64,000 bases of DNA from Dehalococcoidia bacterium (GTDB taxonomy: Bacteria; Chloroflexota; Dehalococcoidia; Lucifugimonadales; GCA-002694895), in NCBI GenBank assembly GCA_029936815.1, contig JAPYRX010000007.1, forward strand, positions 3,129 through 67,128, given 5' to 3'. A program made the translations under genes and the position numbers. Under the pieces are notes generated by a model, which saw nothing but the letters and a program-made list of their open reading frames with translations, was not told where the DNA came from and did no database searches. Below are positions 9,307 through 20,700 of this stretch, piece after piece; the first letter of the stretch is position 1, and the number at the start of each line of letters is the position of its first letter.

Positions 9307-11088
9307 TTACATCAAATCTTTACGGCCAGCAGGCACGTATAGTGTTATCAATTTAGATAAAATACTATTAGCAGCTAATTTTAATATTGTTTGAGTTATA
9401 AGTAATGCAGAAATCATACTTATAATTACTCCTACTGATAAGGTAACTGCAAATCCTTTTACAATTGAAGCTCCTAATTGATCAGCAAACCAAAATAAAA
9501 TCAAACAAGTAATTAGGGTAGAAACATTACTATCCCTAATAGCAGGCCAAGCTCTAGAAAATCCCGTGTTTACAGCCATTGTTAATGTTTTCCCTGATCT
9601 TAATTCTTCTTTCAATCTTTCAAATATAAGAATATTTGCATCAACTGCCATTCCAACAGATAATATAGCTGCAGCAATACCACTTAACGTAAGTGTAACT
9701 GATAATAATTTAAATGTTGCTATAACAATCAGGCAATAAAAGAATAAGGCCATAGATGCAAAAAATCCGGGGATTCTATAATAGAGAATCATATATAAGA
9801 CTACCAATAATAATCCCACTCCAGCAGCATAATAGCTTTTTGACAGGCTATCGGCACCTAATACAGCATCTACATCTCTTTCTTGAATCAATTTGATTGG
9901 CACTGGTAATCTTCCTGATTCAAGCATCAAAGAAAGATCATTTACTCTATCAATAGTAAAATTTGGGCTATCAATAAAAGCAAAACCGCCCAAAATAGGC
10001 TTGCTAGCGCCAGGGCTAATTAATTCTTGATCGTCTAAGAAAATAGCTATCAAATCATTAGTTGTAGAAATCTCAGTTGTTAATTCAGCAAATTTCTTTG
10101 TCCCTTTATCATTAAATTCAATATTGATAATTGGTTTTTTAGTTTGCTGATGTTGGCCTGCATAAGCTCTCTCTAGGTCTTCTCCAGTTAGTCCAATTAT
10201 TTCATCTCTTTGCCCAACCATAATGCTTATAAGTTCAAAATTTATTGAATTACCTAATTTTGTTGACGCTTCCTCTAGTGATTTAAAATAGTCTGACGGA
10301 ATCATGAATGAAAATTGATTTTCTGATTCGGTTTCAGTTATAAAAGTTCCTAGTAATGGGAATCTCTTATTTTCATCTAATCCGCTAATCTCAACTTGTA
10401 ATCTATCATACCCAGGTGAGTCTAAGCTTTTAACCAATTGTTCATGTAGGTTTTTTACTTTAATATATGATTCTTCTTCAAAATCAACAAATATTCCAAT
10501 TGGTTTTGCTACAGGTTCAGGCTCTCCTGGTTTTGGTTGTGCAGTATTATTATCATTTTTTGAATCGGAAGAAATAGTATTAGATTCAGTTGATTTATCT
10601 CCCGTTGTATATGGATCGGGATAGTAATCTAGACTTACCAATTTGATACCTTGATTAATATCATCATCAATAGGATCAGTGGCATCAGTGTATCTATGTT
10701 TAAATTCTAATCTGGCAGTCTCACCTATCAAACTTTTAGCTCTGTCAGAGTCAGTTACTCCAGGTAACTGTATTAACAACCTGTCTTCTCCTAATAGTTG
10801 AATATTTGGTTCGCCTAAGCCAGAAGAATTTACTCTTCTTTCAATAGTTTTTACTAAAGCTTGCATTTGCGTGCCGGTTGGGGGGATCGATAATCCTTCT
10901 TGGTCTTTCAAATCAGACTGATAAACCAAATGACTTCCACCTTGAAGATCCAGGCCTAATTTAAGTCCTAATACAGCATCAGAACCTATTTCAGTTCCAC
11001 CAATAGAAAATTTCTGATTAAAAACAACGAACGCTGAAATTAAAATTATCAATAAAGAAAATGATGCAGATTTCCAATAACGCCTCAA
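9307..11088 (-). CDS. secD: Protein translocase subunit SecD
   Basis: 593 aa. LGLDLQGGSHLVYQ and DANILIFERLKEE motifs. Immediately upstream of secF. Confidence 0.9.
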   Translation of the reverse strand: MRRYWKSASFSLLIILISAFVVFNQKFSIGGTEIGSDAVLGLKLGLDLQGGSHLVYQSDLKDQEGLSIPPTGTQMQALVKTIERRVNSSGLGEPNIQLLGEDRLLIQLPGVTDSDRAKSLIGETARLEFKHRYTDATDPIDDDINQGIKLVSLDYYPDPYTTGDKSTESNTISSDSKNDNNTAQPKPGEPEPVAKPIGIFVDFEEESYIKVKNLHEQLVKSLDSPGYDRLQVEISGLDENKRFPLLGTFITETESENQFSFMIPSDYFKSLEEASTKLGNSINFELISIMVGQRDEIIGLTGEDLERAYAGQHQQTKKPIINIEFNDKGTKKFAELTTEISTTNDLIAIFLDDQELISPGASKPILGGFAFIDSPNFTIDRVNDLSLMLESGRLPVPIKLIQERDVDAVLGADSLSKSYYAAGVGLLLVVLYMILYYRIPGFFASMALFFYCLIVIATFKLLSVTLTLSGIAAAILSVGMAVDANILIFERLKEELRSGKTLTMAVNTGFSRAWPAIRDSNVSTLITCLILFWFADQLGASIVKGFAVTLSVGVIISMISALLITQTILKLAANSILSKLITLYVPAGRKDLM

Positions 11089-11105
11089 AAAAAATCCTTT
11101 TGAAA

Positions 11106-12554
11106 TTATTTGTTTAATATAGTTTTAGCTAATTTTATAGCATTTTCTTTTGTGATTTCACCATTATTTATTACTTCTTGTTCAATAGCATGTAAAACCC
11201 TACCAACTTCCGGGCCTTCGTTCAATCCAAAAATTTCCATGATTTGGCGCCCATTTATAATATCTTGGGTTTTTTTTGTGAACTCAGTAGATATATTTAG
11301 TATTCGATAATATATTTTGCCTAATTTATTGTAATGGTCACTGTAATTATCGAAATTAAACTTGCTAGTAGCTAAATAATCGGCAAAATCCAAATAAGTT
11401 AATTCCAATATAATTTCTCCGCAATCTCTATTTAATTTTCTTAAAGATTTATCGGAAGGTTCCATATCTAAAGAAATCAAGTGGCCTAATCGCAGATGGT
11501 GTTTTATTAAGTTTTTTATATAATCTATAGTTTTCAAACTAAATTTCAACCTAGTGAGTATATCAAAAACAATTGTAGAACCTAATTCATCATGTGATAT
11601 GAAAGTGATTTTCTCATTTTTGAATTCTTTAGTACCTGGTTTCCCTATATCATGCAAAAATGTTGCGATTTTAATGTAAGGAATAATTGATTTATCATGA
11701 GCAAAAATATCAGTATTAATTTTTTCAAATAATTCATCGTCAATTAATTTTTCAACAAAATATAAAGATGAAATAAGATGGTCATATACATCCTTGTCAT
11801 GTAATCCCAATTGTTCAACATTAATAGTTTGTCCTACTTCTGGAAATATCACATTTAACAACCTTAATTCATCTAGCATAAAAATCGATTTGTATGAATT
11901 TTTTAAACTGAATATTTCGATGATTTCATCTCTTATTCTTTCTTTGCTAACGTTATTCAATAAAACTGCATTATCTTTAAAGTAATTTAATGTTCCATGT
12001 TCAACACTAAAACCTAATTTACTACATAAACGAACAAGCCTAATCATCCTTAAAGGATCATCTAAAACTGTATCTTTATTAGTATATCTAATGATTTTTT
12101 TTTCAATATCAACAACACCATCAAATGGATCAATAATATTACTTATATAATCTAATTCGTCATTGATTATTATTGCCATTGAATTAATAGTAAAATCCCT
12201 TCTACGTAAATCAAGAAAAAGTCCATTATTTGTATTTTCAAATTCAGTAACATCTATAGTCATCTTGTTATATGGATTAATAATTCTTAAAGTTTGCATT
12301 CCATGATTGTTAAATCTAATAACCTTGCCTTGAAATAAAGATGCTAAGAATTGAGAAAATTCATCTAGGTTTTTTTCGACAACTAAATCTATATCTTTTG
12401 GAATCTTCTCAAGAATCAAATCTCGAACTGTTCCTCCAACTAAATAGGCAGTGAATTTAGACTTTGCTATTGATTCAAATATACTTTTTAATTCCTTACC
12501 TAATAAATCTGTATTTATATTTATTTCTTTAATCATTATTTGATTCATTATCAT
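11106..12554 (-). CDS. cca: CCA-adding tRNA nucleotidyltransferase with HD domain
   Basis: GGTVRDLIL...DIDLVV polymerase-beta motif, RRDFTINS, and a C-terminal HD motif (FLHDIGKP). The start may be one of the later ATGs. Confidence 0.8.
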   Translation of the reverse strand: MIMNQIMIKEININTDLLGKELKSIFESIAKSKFTAYLVGGTVRDLILEKIPKDIDLVVEKNLDEFSQFLASLFQGKVIRFNNHGMQTLRIINPYNKMTIDVTEFENTNNGLFLDLRRRDFTINSMAIIINDELDYISNIIDPFDGVVDIEKKIIRYTNKDTVLDDPLRMIRLVRLCSKLGFSVEHGTLNYFKDNAVLLNNVSKERIRDEIIEIFSLKNSYKSIFMLDELRLLNVIFPEVGQTINVEQLGLHDKDVYDHLISSLYFVEKLIDDELFEKINTDIFAHDKSIIPYIKIATFLHDIGKPGTKEFKNEKITFISHDELGSTIVFDILTRLKFSLKTIDYIKNLIKHHLRLGHLISLDMEPSDKSLRKLNRDCGEIILELTYLDFADYLATSKFNFDNYSDHYNKLGKIYYRILNISTEFTKKTQDIINGRQIMEIFGLNEGPEVGRVLHAIEQEVINNGEITKENAIKLAKTILNK

Positions 12555-13038
12555 TTAATTTTGTAAGACCTTCATGCCATTCTCCTTCAGAATGACTGAC
12601 CAAATGGTCAAAATACATTATCCCATTTAAGTGATCAATTTCATGCTCTAAAACTTGAGATAATAATCCGTCAGTTTTTATCTTCCATTTCTGCCATTTC
12701 ATATCTAATCCTTTCGCTTTCACCCATAGCGATCTATTAACCAATCCTGTATAACCAGGGACACTTAAGCATCCTTCATCTATTTCTCTATTGCCATAGG
12801 TTTCAGTGATTTCAGGATTAATTAAAACTCTAAATTCAGTCTCTTCGGGAAGTTTTATAACAATAATTCTTTTCAAATATCCGACTTGATTACCTGATAA
12901 TCCAACTCCTTTATAATAATCAAGAGTTTCGCACATACTGTCTGCTAATCTGCGTATATCCTTATTTATCTCAGTAATTTTCGAACACTTTTGTCTTAAA
13001 ACAGGGTTAGGAAAGTGTAAAACTTCTAATAAAGCCAT
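12529..13038 (-). CDS. def: Peptide deformylase
   Basis: GLSGNQVG, EGCLSVPG and HEIDHLNG motifs. Start moved to the ATG at 13038 (MALLEVLHFPNP), which is preceded by AAGGA. The ORF-track N-terminal extension is a hydrophobic artefact. Confidence 0.9.
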   Translation of the reverse strand: MALLEVLHFPNPVLRQKCSKITEINKDIRRLADSMCETLDYYKGVGLSGNQVGYLKRIIVIKLPEETEFRVLINPEITETYGNREIDEGCLSVPGYTGLVNRSLWVKAKGLDMKWQKWKIKTDGLLSQVLEHEIDHLNGIMYFDHLVSHSEGEWHEGLTKLNDNESNND

Positions 13039-13207
13039 TAATAATCCTTGAAAGTATATATAGTCAAGATAACTAATATTATTATATATAATCAAAATAA
13101 CTAAGTTTAATATATATAATAATATTGTTATAAAAACTAACAAAGTATAGAATATACTATCATTTCATTTCAAGAATGATATTTCCATTAAAAATAAGGA
13201 TTTAATT

Positions 13208-14146
13208 TTGATCGAATTAAAAAATATAACTAAATACTACGGTAACTTCCCAGCTGTTACTGATATTTCTTTTAAAATTAACAGAGGGGAAATTGTAGGA
13301 CTTCTTGGCCCTAACGGCGCTGGAAAATCAACTACTATGAAAATGATTACTGGATTTATGCCTCCTACATCTGGAGAACTAACCATAGATGGTTACGATA
13401 TCGTACACGAATCTATTGAAGCTAGAAAAAAAATTGGCTATTTACCTGAAACTGTCCCCCTATATACTGATATGACTGTCTATTCATATATTGAGTATAT
13501 GGGTAAATTAAGAGGATTAAATAATAAAAATATAAAATCTAAAGCTGACAATGTCATAGAAATATGCAAATTAGGTGATTATAAAAACAGTTTAATTTCA
13601 AAACTGTCGAAAGGATTTAGGCAAAGAGTAGGTATTGCACAAGCAATAATACATGAGCCCGAAGTTTTAATATTAGACGAACCTACAATTGGTATAGACC
13701 CAAATCAGGTAGTGGAAACAAGACAATTAATCAGAAATTTATCAGGAGAACATACTCTTGTATTGAGTAGTCACATACTTCCTGAAGTGAGCAGTATTTG
13801 TGAAAGAGTGCTAATCATTAATGAAGGAGAAATCGCAGCTTCTGACACCATTAAAAATTTAAGCTCTTTAGTTTCTGGAAAATCTAAAATGGAAGTAGAT
13901 ATAATCGGATCTCCTCAATCAATAAAAACAAAACTTGAAAAAATCGAAGGTGTTAGATCTATAGATTTATGGGTTAAAAAATCATCGAACGAATATACGA
14001 CTTTTTCAATAGAATCAGATATTTCAGTAGATATAAGAGCTGAAGTTTCAAAAACTATTATAGAAAACAAATGGGGACTTTTGAGACTTGAATCAATGGG
14101 AATGTCACTGGAAGATATTTTCTTGAAAATCACTACATCAGAGTAA
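13208..14146 (+). CDS. ABC transporter ATP-binding protein (GldA-like)
   Basis: Walker A GPNGAGKST, signature LSKGFRQR, Walker B LILDEPT. Confidence 0.9.
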   Translation: MIELKNITKYYGNFPAVTDISFKINRGEIVGLLGPNGAGKSTTMKMITGFMPPTSGELTIDGYDIVHESIEARKKIGYLPETVPLYTDMTVYSYIEYMGKLRGLNNKNIKSKADNVIEICKLGDYKNSLISKLSKGFRQRVGIAQAIIHEPEVLILDEPTIGIDPNQVVETRQLIRNLSGEHTLVLSSHILPEVSSICERVLIINEGEIAASDTIKNLSSLVSGKSKMEVDIIGSPQSIKTKLEKIEGVRSIDLWVKKSSNEYTTFSIESDISVDIRAEVSKTIIENKWGLLRLESMGMSLEDIFLKITTSE

Positions 14147-14167
14147 AACACTACGCAAGGAAACAAC

Positions 14168-14893
14168 ATGAGAAACATATTTCTAATAACTTTTAAAGAA
14201 ACAAAAACATATTTCTTAAGCCCTATGGCTTATATAGTGGGAGGACTATTTTTAGGATTAACATGGTTTTTTTTCAACACTAGTATAGTACCAGGTGACC
14301 TTAATCCTATAACAGAGGCCAATGTAAGAGGATATCTTGATCCAACCACTCTACTATTTATTATCTTTTCTCCATTAATTACTATGCGATTGTTCTCAGA
14401 AGAAGAAAAACTAGGGACTCTCGAATTATTATTTACATCACCAGTTAAAGATATCGAAATAGTGATAGGTAAATATTTAGCTTCTGCAATAATTCTGATA
14501 TCAATAGTATTATGCACTCTTTTCTATGTAATATTAATATACTTATTTAGTTCTCCTGATTTAGGTCCTTTATTAAGTGCTTACTTCGGAATAACACTAT
14601 ACGGCCTAGCTACTTTGAGCGTAGGTCTTTTTGCATCATCTTTGAGTGGAAATCAAATAGTTTCAGCTGTTGTTGGAACTGTGTTACTACTTCTATTGTC
14701 ATTTATAGATTCTTTAGGAGCAATGCTAGAAGGACTTCCAAGTACTATTTTTAATCAGATGGCTCTTAATTATCATTTTGAAGATTTTACGAAAGGAGTC
14801 ATTGATATGGGGAATATTGTCTATTATCTTTCTATTGCTATTCTATTTTTATTCTTTACAACTCTAAATTTACAAATTAGAAGGTGGAAATAA
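14168..14893 (+). CDS. ABC-2 type permease (GldF-like)
   Basis: 241 aa, six predicted TM segments, FSEEEKLGTLELLFTSPV motif. Follows the ATPase. Confidence 0.8.
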   Translation: MRNIFLITFKETKTYFLSPMAYIVGGLFLGLTWFFFNTSIVPGDLNPITEANVRGYLDPTTLLFIIFSPLITMRLFSEEEKLGTLELLFTSPVKDIEIVIGKYLASAIILISIVLCTLFYVILIYLFSSPDLGPLLSAYFGITLYGLATLSVGLFASSLSGNQIVSAVVGTVLLLLLSFIDSLGAMLEGLPSTIFNQMALNYHFEDFTKGVIDMGNIVYYLSIAILFLFFTTLNLQIRRWK

Positions 14894-14896
14894 TTT

Positions 14897-16594
14897 ATGA
14901 ATAACAAAATACTTCAATATATAAAACAAGAAATCCTTCCATATATAACTAATGTTAATTATTGGATTATTCTTCTAGGGTTCTCAGGAATTCTATCTAT
15001 TATTGCTGGAAGTTTAAGTTATTTCATAATTACTGAAATCCAAGATTTTGCTATTTCAATCATTATCACAGGGTTGATTCTTAGCTTATTTGCTTTGATA
15101 TTATCACCTAGATCTACAGCTTCTTTTTTCAAAGGAAGAAGAGGAAAATACGGAACAAATTCTGTTATTTTATTTCTTGCATTTTCAACAATTATCGTTT
15201 TAGCAAATTCTTTCTTTGTAATTAACTCTTATAGATTTGATACAACTGCAACAAGAGTATTTTCTCTTTCTAAGCAAACAAAAAAAATCTTATCTAGCTT
15301 AGATACTCCAGTCAGAGCCAATGCGTTTTTTGTTCCTACAAACACTAATCAAGAAAACTTAAATACTAATGCACAAGATTTATTGTCCGAATTTGCAAAG
15401 AATTCAAACAAATTCAGTTTCAGATTCAATGATCCGCAATTAAATAAAACATTAGCAATTAAATATGGAGTGATGCAATACCCAGCCATTGTATTTGAAG
15501 ATTTATCTAGTGGGAAACAACAACCTGTTTATGAAAAAGCTTTCAATCCTTTTAGTGAACAAGATTTTGTAACAGCTATGTTAATAGCAATGGGAGACAA
15601 GCAAAAAGTTATATATTATTCAAATGGGCACAAAGAAAAGAGTCTTTCCAGAGATGTTACGACTAATAATGTGACAGATGAAGGGATTGATTATTTCATA
15701 GAAGGCCTTAAAAGAGATAATTATAATGTGAAGTCAATAAATTTTGAGCAAGTTGAAAAAATACCTTCCAATGCAGCAGCTTTGATTATTATTGGCCCTA
15801 AATCATCATTACCTCCTAATCATGCTAAAATGATTGCAGATTACATAGCCCGAGGTGGAAGAATAGCGTTTCTTCTTGATCCCAATCCTCATGTAACTTG
15901 GAATGAGCTATTAATTAATTGGGGCGTAATTATTTCACAACAACCAATTGCTGACCCTTTAAGTTCTCTTGCAGGAAGCAAATTTTTAACTCCTTTGCTA
16001 CAAAAATCTAACAATCAATATGTACCTGAGCAAAAACTTCTTCAATACACAAGAAACAATACCGCCGAAACAAAAAGAATTTTATCAATAACTGATCAAA
16101 TTAATGCAGCTTTTTTCCCTGGAGCAGGAGCAATTATAGAAACTGTCGAAGAAGGATCAAGACCGTTTCATGTACAAAACATACAATTAGGAGTATCTAC
16201 AGCTATAAGCTGGTTAGAACCAAACATAGAAGATCCTAAATTTGATGAAAACACGGATATTCAAGGTCCTTTTTCTTTGGTTTCCATTATAGAATCTACA
16301 GGCCCTGTAACTTCAAACGGGCCAGTATTTGATTTAAGTAAAATCATGATATTCGGTGATTCTGATTTTGTAACTAATAAATGGTTTTATAGTAATCAAA
16401 ATAGCGACTTGATTTTAAATTCGATGGCTTGGTTAGCTGAAGATTATGAAGTTATTTCAATAAGACCCAAAATAGTACCCTTCAGATCTATTGTCGTAAA
16501 CAGAAGAGATAGAGAATTTCTTAAATGGAGTAGTGGGCTTCCATTTATTCTAATGCTATCAACAAGTACTATTGTATGGTGGAGAAGAAGATAA
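14897..16594 (+). CDS. GldG-like ABC transporter auxiliary protein (ABC_transp_aux-like)
   Basis: 565 aa with N- and C-terminal TM anchors and a large exported domain. Position and architecture match GldG family proteins. Confidence 0.65.
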   Translation: MNNKILQYIKQEILPYITNVNYWIILLGFSGILSIIAGSLSYFIITEIQDFAISIIITGLILSLFALILSPRSTASFFKGRRGKYGTNSVILFLAFSTIIVLANSFFVINSYRFDTTATRVFSLSKQTKKILSSLDTPVRANAFFVPTNTNQENLNTNAQDLLSEFAKNSNKFSFRFNDPQLNKTLAIKYGVMQYPAIVFEDLSSGKQQPVYEKAFNPFSEQDFVTAMLIAMGDKQKVIYYSNGHKEKSLSRDVTTNNVTDEGIDYFIEGLKRDNYNVKSINFEQVEKIPSNAAALIIIGPKSSLPPNHAKMIADYIARGGRIAFLLDPNPHVTWNELLINWGVIISQQPIADPLSSLAGSKFLTPLLQKSNNQYVPEQKLLQYTRNNTAETKRILSITDQINAAFFPGAGAIIETVEEGSRPFHVQNIQLGVSTAISWLEPNIEDPKFDENTDIQGPFSLVSIIESTGPVTSNGPVFDLSKIMIFGDSDFVTNKWFYSNQNSDLILNSMAWLAEDYEVISIRPKIVPFRSIVVNRRDREFLKWSSGLPFILMLSTSTIVWWRRR

Positions 16595-16627
16595 TCGTTC
16601 TTAATATATTTCTAACAGGACATAACT

Positions 16628-17710
16628 ATGAATTTTAAAATAACAATATTATTTATAATTCTAGCATTCTTAACAGGTGGAATTTTTTACTATTTCACTA
16701 CTAATGAAAGTGAAGATGTATCTATAGATCCTCCTTGGTTTTACCAAGTATCTATGGATGATATTAATTTCATAGAAGTTACTCGACAAGAAAAAACAGT
16801 AGGTTTCTACAAAAACGAAGATACAACGTGGTCTTTTGTTAACCCAAAAGGAATTCCTCCAAGTTATGAACGATGGGGTGGTGTAACTTTATTGCTAAGC
16901 GGCCCTCAGACTAAAAGATTATTAGTTGCTGACAAAATTGAAGACCCTGCAGAATATGGATTAGACAACCCAAATTTAATTATAAATTTTGATTTGATTG
17001 GGGGTAGGAATTTAACTCTCAAACTAGGTGGTGCAACATCTGATTTCAAACATTATTATTGCCAAATAAATGATTTCCCTGAACTATTTATCATTTCATC
17101 TATGTGGAATGATGTATTGGGTAATCTTGTAGATGAATTACCTTATCCAAAATGGTATATAAAAAGAGATCCAAAAGAAATGGTAGGAATAGCAATATAT
17201 AAAGGAGATATTCAATCTCAAGCAACTCCTGCCAGAAAATTTGAAACAAAAAATAACAAAGACTGGTACTTCATGGACTTATCTGATTTAGATGATAACG
17301 CTACTAACAATATGTTGAATCAAGCTCCAGGCACAGGTTATGCTGCATTTCTCAAAACGAGCGATAAAATAGAACTAGATACATCCGAGTGGAATAAAAA
17401 ACAATATTTAGTTGGAGGCCCTCAAAATATAACTGTTGTTAAATCATATGCAAGCGAACCTGAAGATTACAAAAAATATGGCATTGGAGATGCGAGTGAT
17501 GCTATTGAATTAAGATTTAATTCGTTTTCTCAAAAAGGTACTGAATTTATAGATGGTATTCTTCTTAAAATCGGAGATAAAACAGAAGATAACAAATCAT
17601 ATTATGCATATTCTGAAAATAATGAATTTATAAAACCTGTACTAGCATTAGATGCAAATTGGGTAGAAAGCGTAATGGATTTATATAGCAACCCTCCAAT
17701 AAAAAAATAA
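16628..17710 (+). CDS. DUF4340-like membrane-anchored protein
   Basis: 360 aa with a single N-terminal TM. Sits in the usual last position of GldAFG-like operons. Confidence 0.5.
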   Translation: MNFKITILFIILAFLTGGIFYYFTTNESEDVSIDPPWFYQVSMDDINFIEVTRQEKTVGFYKNEDTTWSFVNPKGIPPSYERWGGVTLLLSGPQTKRLLVADKIEDPAEYGLDNPNLIINFDLIGGRNLTLKLGGATSDFKHYYCQINDFPELFIISSMWNDVLGNLVDELPYPKWYIKRDPKEMVGIAIYKGDIQSQATPARKFETKNNKDWYFMDLSDLDDNATNNMLNQAPGTGYAAFLKTSDKIELDTSEWNKKQYLVGGPQNITVVKSYASEPEDYKKYGIGDASDAIELRFNSFSQKGTEFIDGILLKIGDKTEDNKSYYAYSENNEFIKPVLALDANWVESVMDLYSNPPIKK

Positions 17711-17711
17711 A

Positions 17712-20700
17712 TTACATAGTAAAATTTCTATACAAATCCAATAATCTTTCAGGCAAATCTCTTACATCATCTAATACTTCATAACCCATATCTTGAGTCA
17801 TGGCTTTTAAGTAATCATGTCCATTCTTGTCTACTGTAAGGCAAAATGCATTAATATCTTTATTCTTTGCTTCTGTTAAAGCCATTTTAGTATCATGTAC
17901 AGCATATTCTTTTTCTACCCCTTCTCTACTATATCCACGATCCTGAGGTCGGCCATCACTAATTAGAAACAATAATTTTGTTCTAGCCTGAACTTTATCT
18001 AATTTTGAGATAGCATGCCTTATCGCAGGCCCCATTCTGGTAGCATGTAGTGGTGAAATTTTATCTATTCTTGATTTTATGTTATCAGTCAAACTTTCCT
18101 CTAAATCTTTGACAGTATAAAATTCAACGTTTTCTCTTCCATATCCTGAGAAACAATATATACCATATTTATCTCCCAAGTTTTCTAAAGCATCCATAAT
18201 TAAAACTGAAGCTTCTTTTTCTACATCAATGATTCGTTTGTATGTTCTAACTATTCCAGATTTTCTCCTAGATTTCACCCATTTCATATAATCAACCGGG
18301 TCATCAGGTACATCCCAATCATTGTTTGAAGTTGAATCTTCAATAGATTCTGCTGTTGAAGCACTAACATCTAACAAAAAGACACAAGCAACATCTCTTT
18401 GTATTTTATTCCTTCTCCAATATAATTTTTCGCTTGGGCTCACTCCAGTTTTAATATCAACAAATGCTTCGATAACATCATCTATATCAAAGTCTTCTCC
18501 ATCCTCAAGACGGCGCTCTTTCTTTAACATTTCAGGAGATATCATTTCAAATTGTCTTCTTAAATGAGAAACAAGAGTACTATAATCAAGCAAAGTATCG
18601 TCATAATATTGCCTATCACCTTCTCCCATTGTTCTTTCTTTAACAATACACCATCTAGGTTTATAATCATTAGATCTGAAATCCCATTCATCATATACAT
18701 ATGATTGCGGATCATCAGTTTGCAATTCTTCAAATTCCTCAGAATCATTGTCTGTTTCACCAGGATTATGGTTTGAATTTTCACTTAATTCTGAACTTAT
18801 TTCTTTAAGAATATTTTCGGCTATCATATCAGTTGAAGAGTCTATTGGACGTTCGGTAGCATCTACATCTAAATTTTCCATTTGGTCTAAAAGTTCTTTT
18901 AACATTTCAGGACTGATATTTTCCTGCGAAAACTCATTGTTGTCACTATCCATTGATCTCATATTCTCTAAAAGTTGAACTAATTCAGGTTTGAAATCTC
19001 CTCTATAATCAACCTGTGCTGGGGATTGGTATTCTTCAGAATCACTATGCAAGTCCATAGAATCTTGATTCATCATAAATTGTAATATTTCTTGCATGAC
19101 ATTATCATCTTCGTAATAATCTTGTTCTTGTTCTTGTTCTAGGTTTAACTCTTCTGTATCTTCATTTGCCATGTTCTCATTTTGCATAGAGAATATCATT
19201 TTATATATTCTAATACTAATTTCAGCAGAATCATGAACTGTAGAATCTGGTTTATCAAAAATCATTTTCATTAAAGCGTATATATTTTTAAATTGATCAA
19301 TATATTTTTTAGGAACACGAGTTGAATCATTTTTCCCCAAACTAATTTGAACTAAAAATTCAACTAAAGCATCATGTGAATTTAGTGTATTTATATTTGG
19401 TCTTTTTTCTAAAGCTTGTGCTTTCACTCTGTCAAAATCCTTACTAAGTCCCATATATTTACTCTTTATACAATGTTCTACTCTTGTATCTTCTATAATT
19501 GCGAATATATCAGTAATTAATGTTCTGTTTTCAAACAAATCAAAAAATTTGTTGAAATCAGTTTTTGTAGATGTGTTTGATTCTTCTTTGTCTTTTAATG
19601 GGAAATGGATTTGGTCAGCATTTTTATGCTTTATCAAATAGTCTTCATACAATTTTGATCTCATGTCATCAAATAATATACTTGGTTCATTAAATATAAA
19701 TTTAAAGCTACCAAATTCTAGTCTGCCAACCTGGTGACTAGATATAACTTTAAACCATTTATAATTAGTATTCTTTTCATCAAATCTATTAATTATTTCA
19801 GGAACAAAAATAGATTTTCCTTCAGTTGTCGGATTCATAGTAGACGACCATCCTATGTTTTTATCCACCAAATCAGATGAAGGTAATATTTCGATATCAG
19901 TTCCGGCAAGTGCTGAACAATAAAGTTGTAACAATTCTTTAATAGATTCATATTCAACTGAAGAACTTATTTTATTCAAAGTATTCTCGCTCGTTAGTGA
20001 TTCCATTTTGAAATAAGCTATTGCAGCGTCAGGATTAATTTCTAATAACTCAATACCTTGGTCATACCATTCATCAATTTTTTTAATATCGATTTTATTT
20101 AAAATTTCGGGGATTTTTGATAAAAATCCAGAAATCACGCTAGGTTGTTTTCTAGATAAATCTTTGCACAATTCAAGTATTTTATCGTAATTTCTATTGT
20201 TAATTGTATTAAAAGGTAAGGACAGTTCATCCATGATAGATGTTGAGGAATGTCCGCCATGTTTAATTATAGATAAAACAAGATTCATCAACTCTAATCT
20301 TTGGTTTTCATTAAATTTAATTAAATGTTTAGGAGAATTTTCCAATATATTTTTAAGATCCCGGCTAGAATTATTTTTCAAACTAGTTAAAAGCTCTATC
20401 CCAGTAATTTTAGAATTAAATTTAGTTAGAAAATTATAACTATTATCTAAGCATTCAACAGCCATATCATACGATTGTTTTGTAATGTCATTCAATAAAT
20501 ATATAATTTGTTCAAATTCTGAAAATGTTAAAACTTTTAAAAATTTAGGCGAATGATCAAAGATTTTAGAAGCAAAGTTTCCTGATTTCCAACTTCCGTC
20601 ATAAATTTTTTCGGCTAATATAGCCATTGAATCAATGTGACGTCCTCTAGTAATTTCAAGAAAATCAGATGAATTTTTTATATAAGACGCAGCTAAAACA

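Noticed and set aside
13039-13143. 35-aa hydrophobic N-terminal extension of peptide deformylase in the ORF track.
   Set aside because: Def homologues begin at the equivalent of MALLEVLHFPNP, an AAGGA SD precedes that ATG, and the extension is an AT-rich translation artefact.
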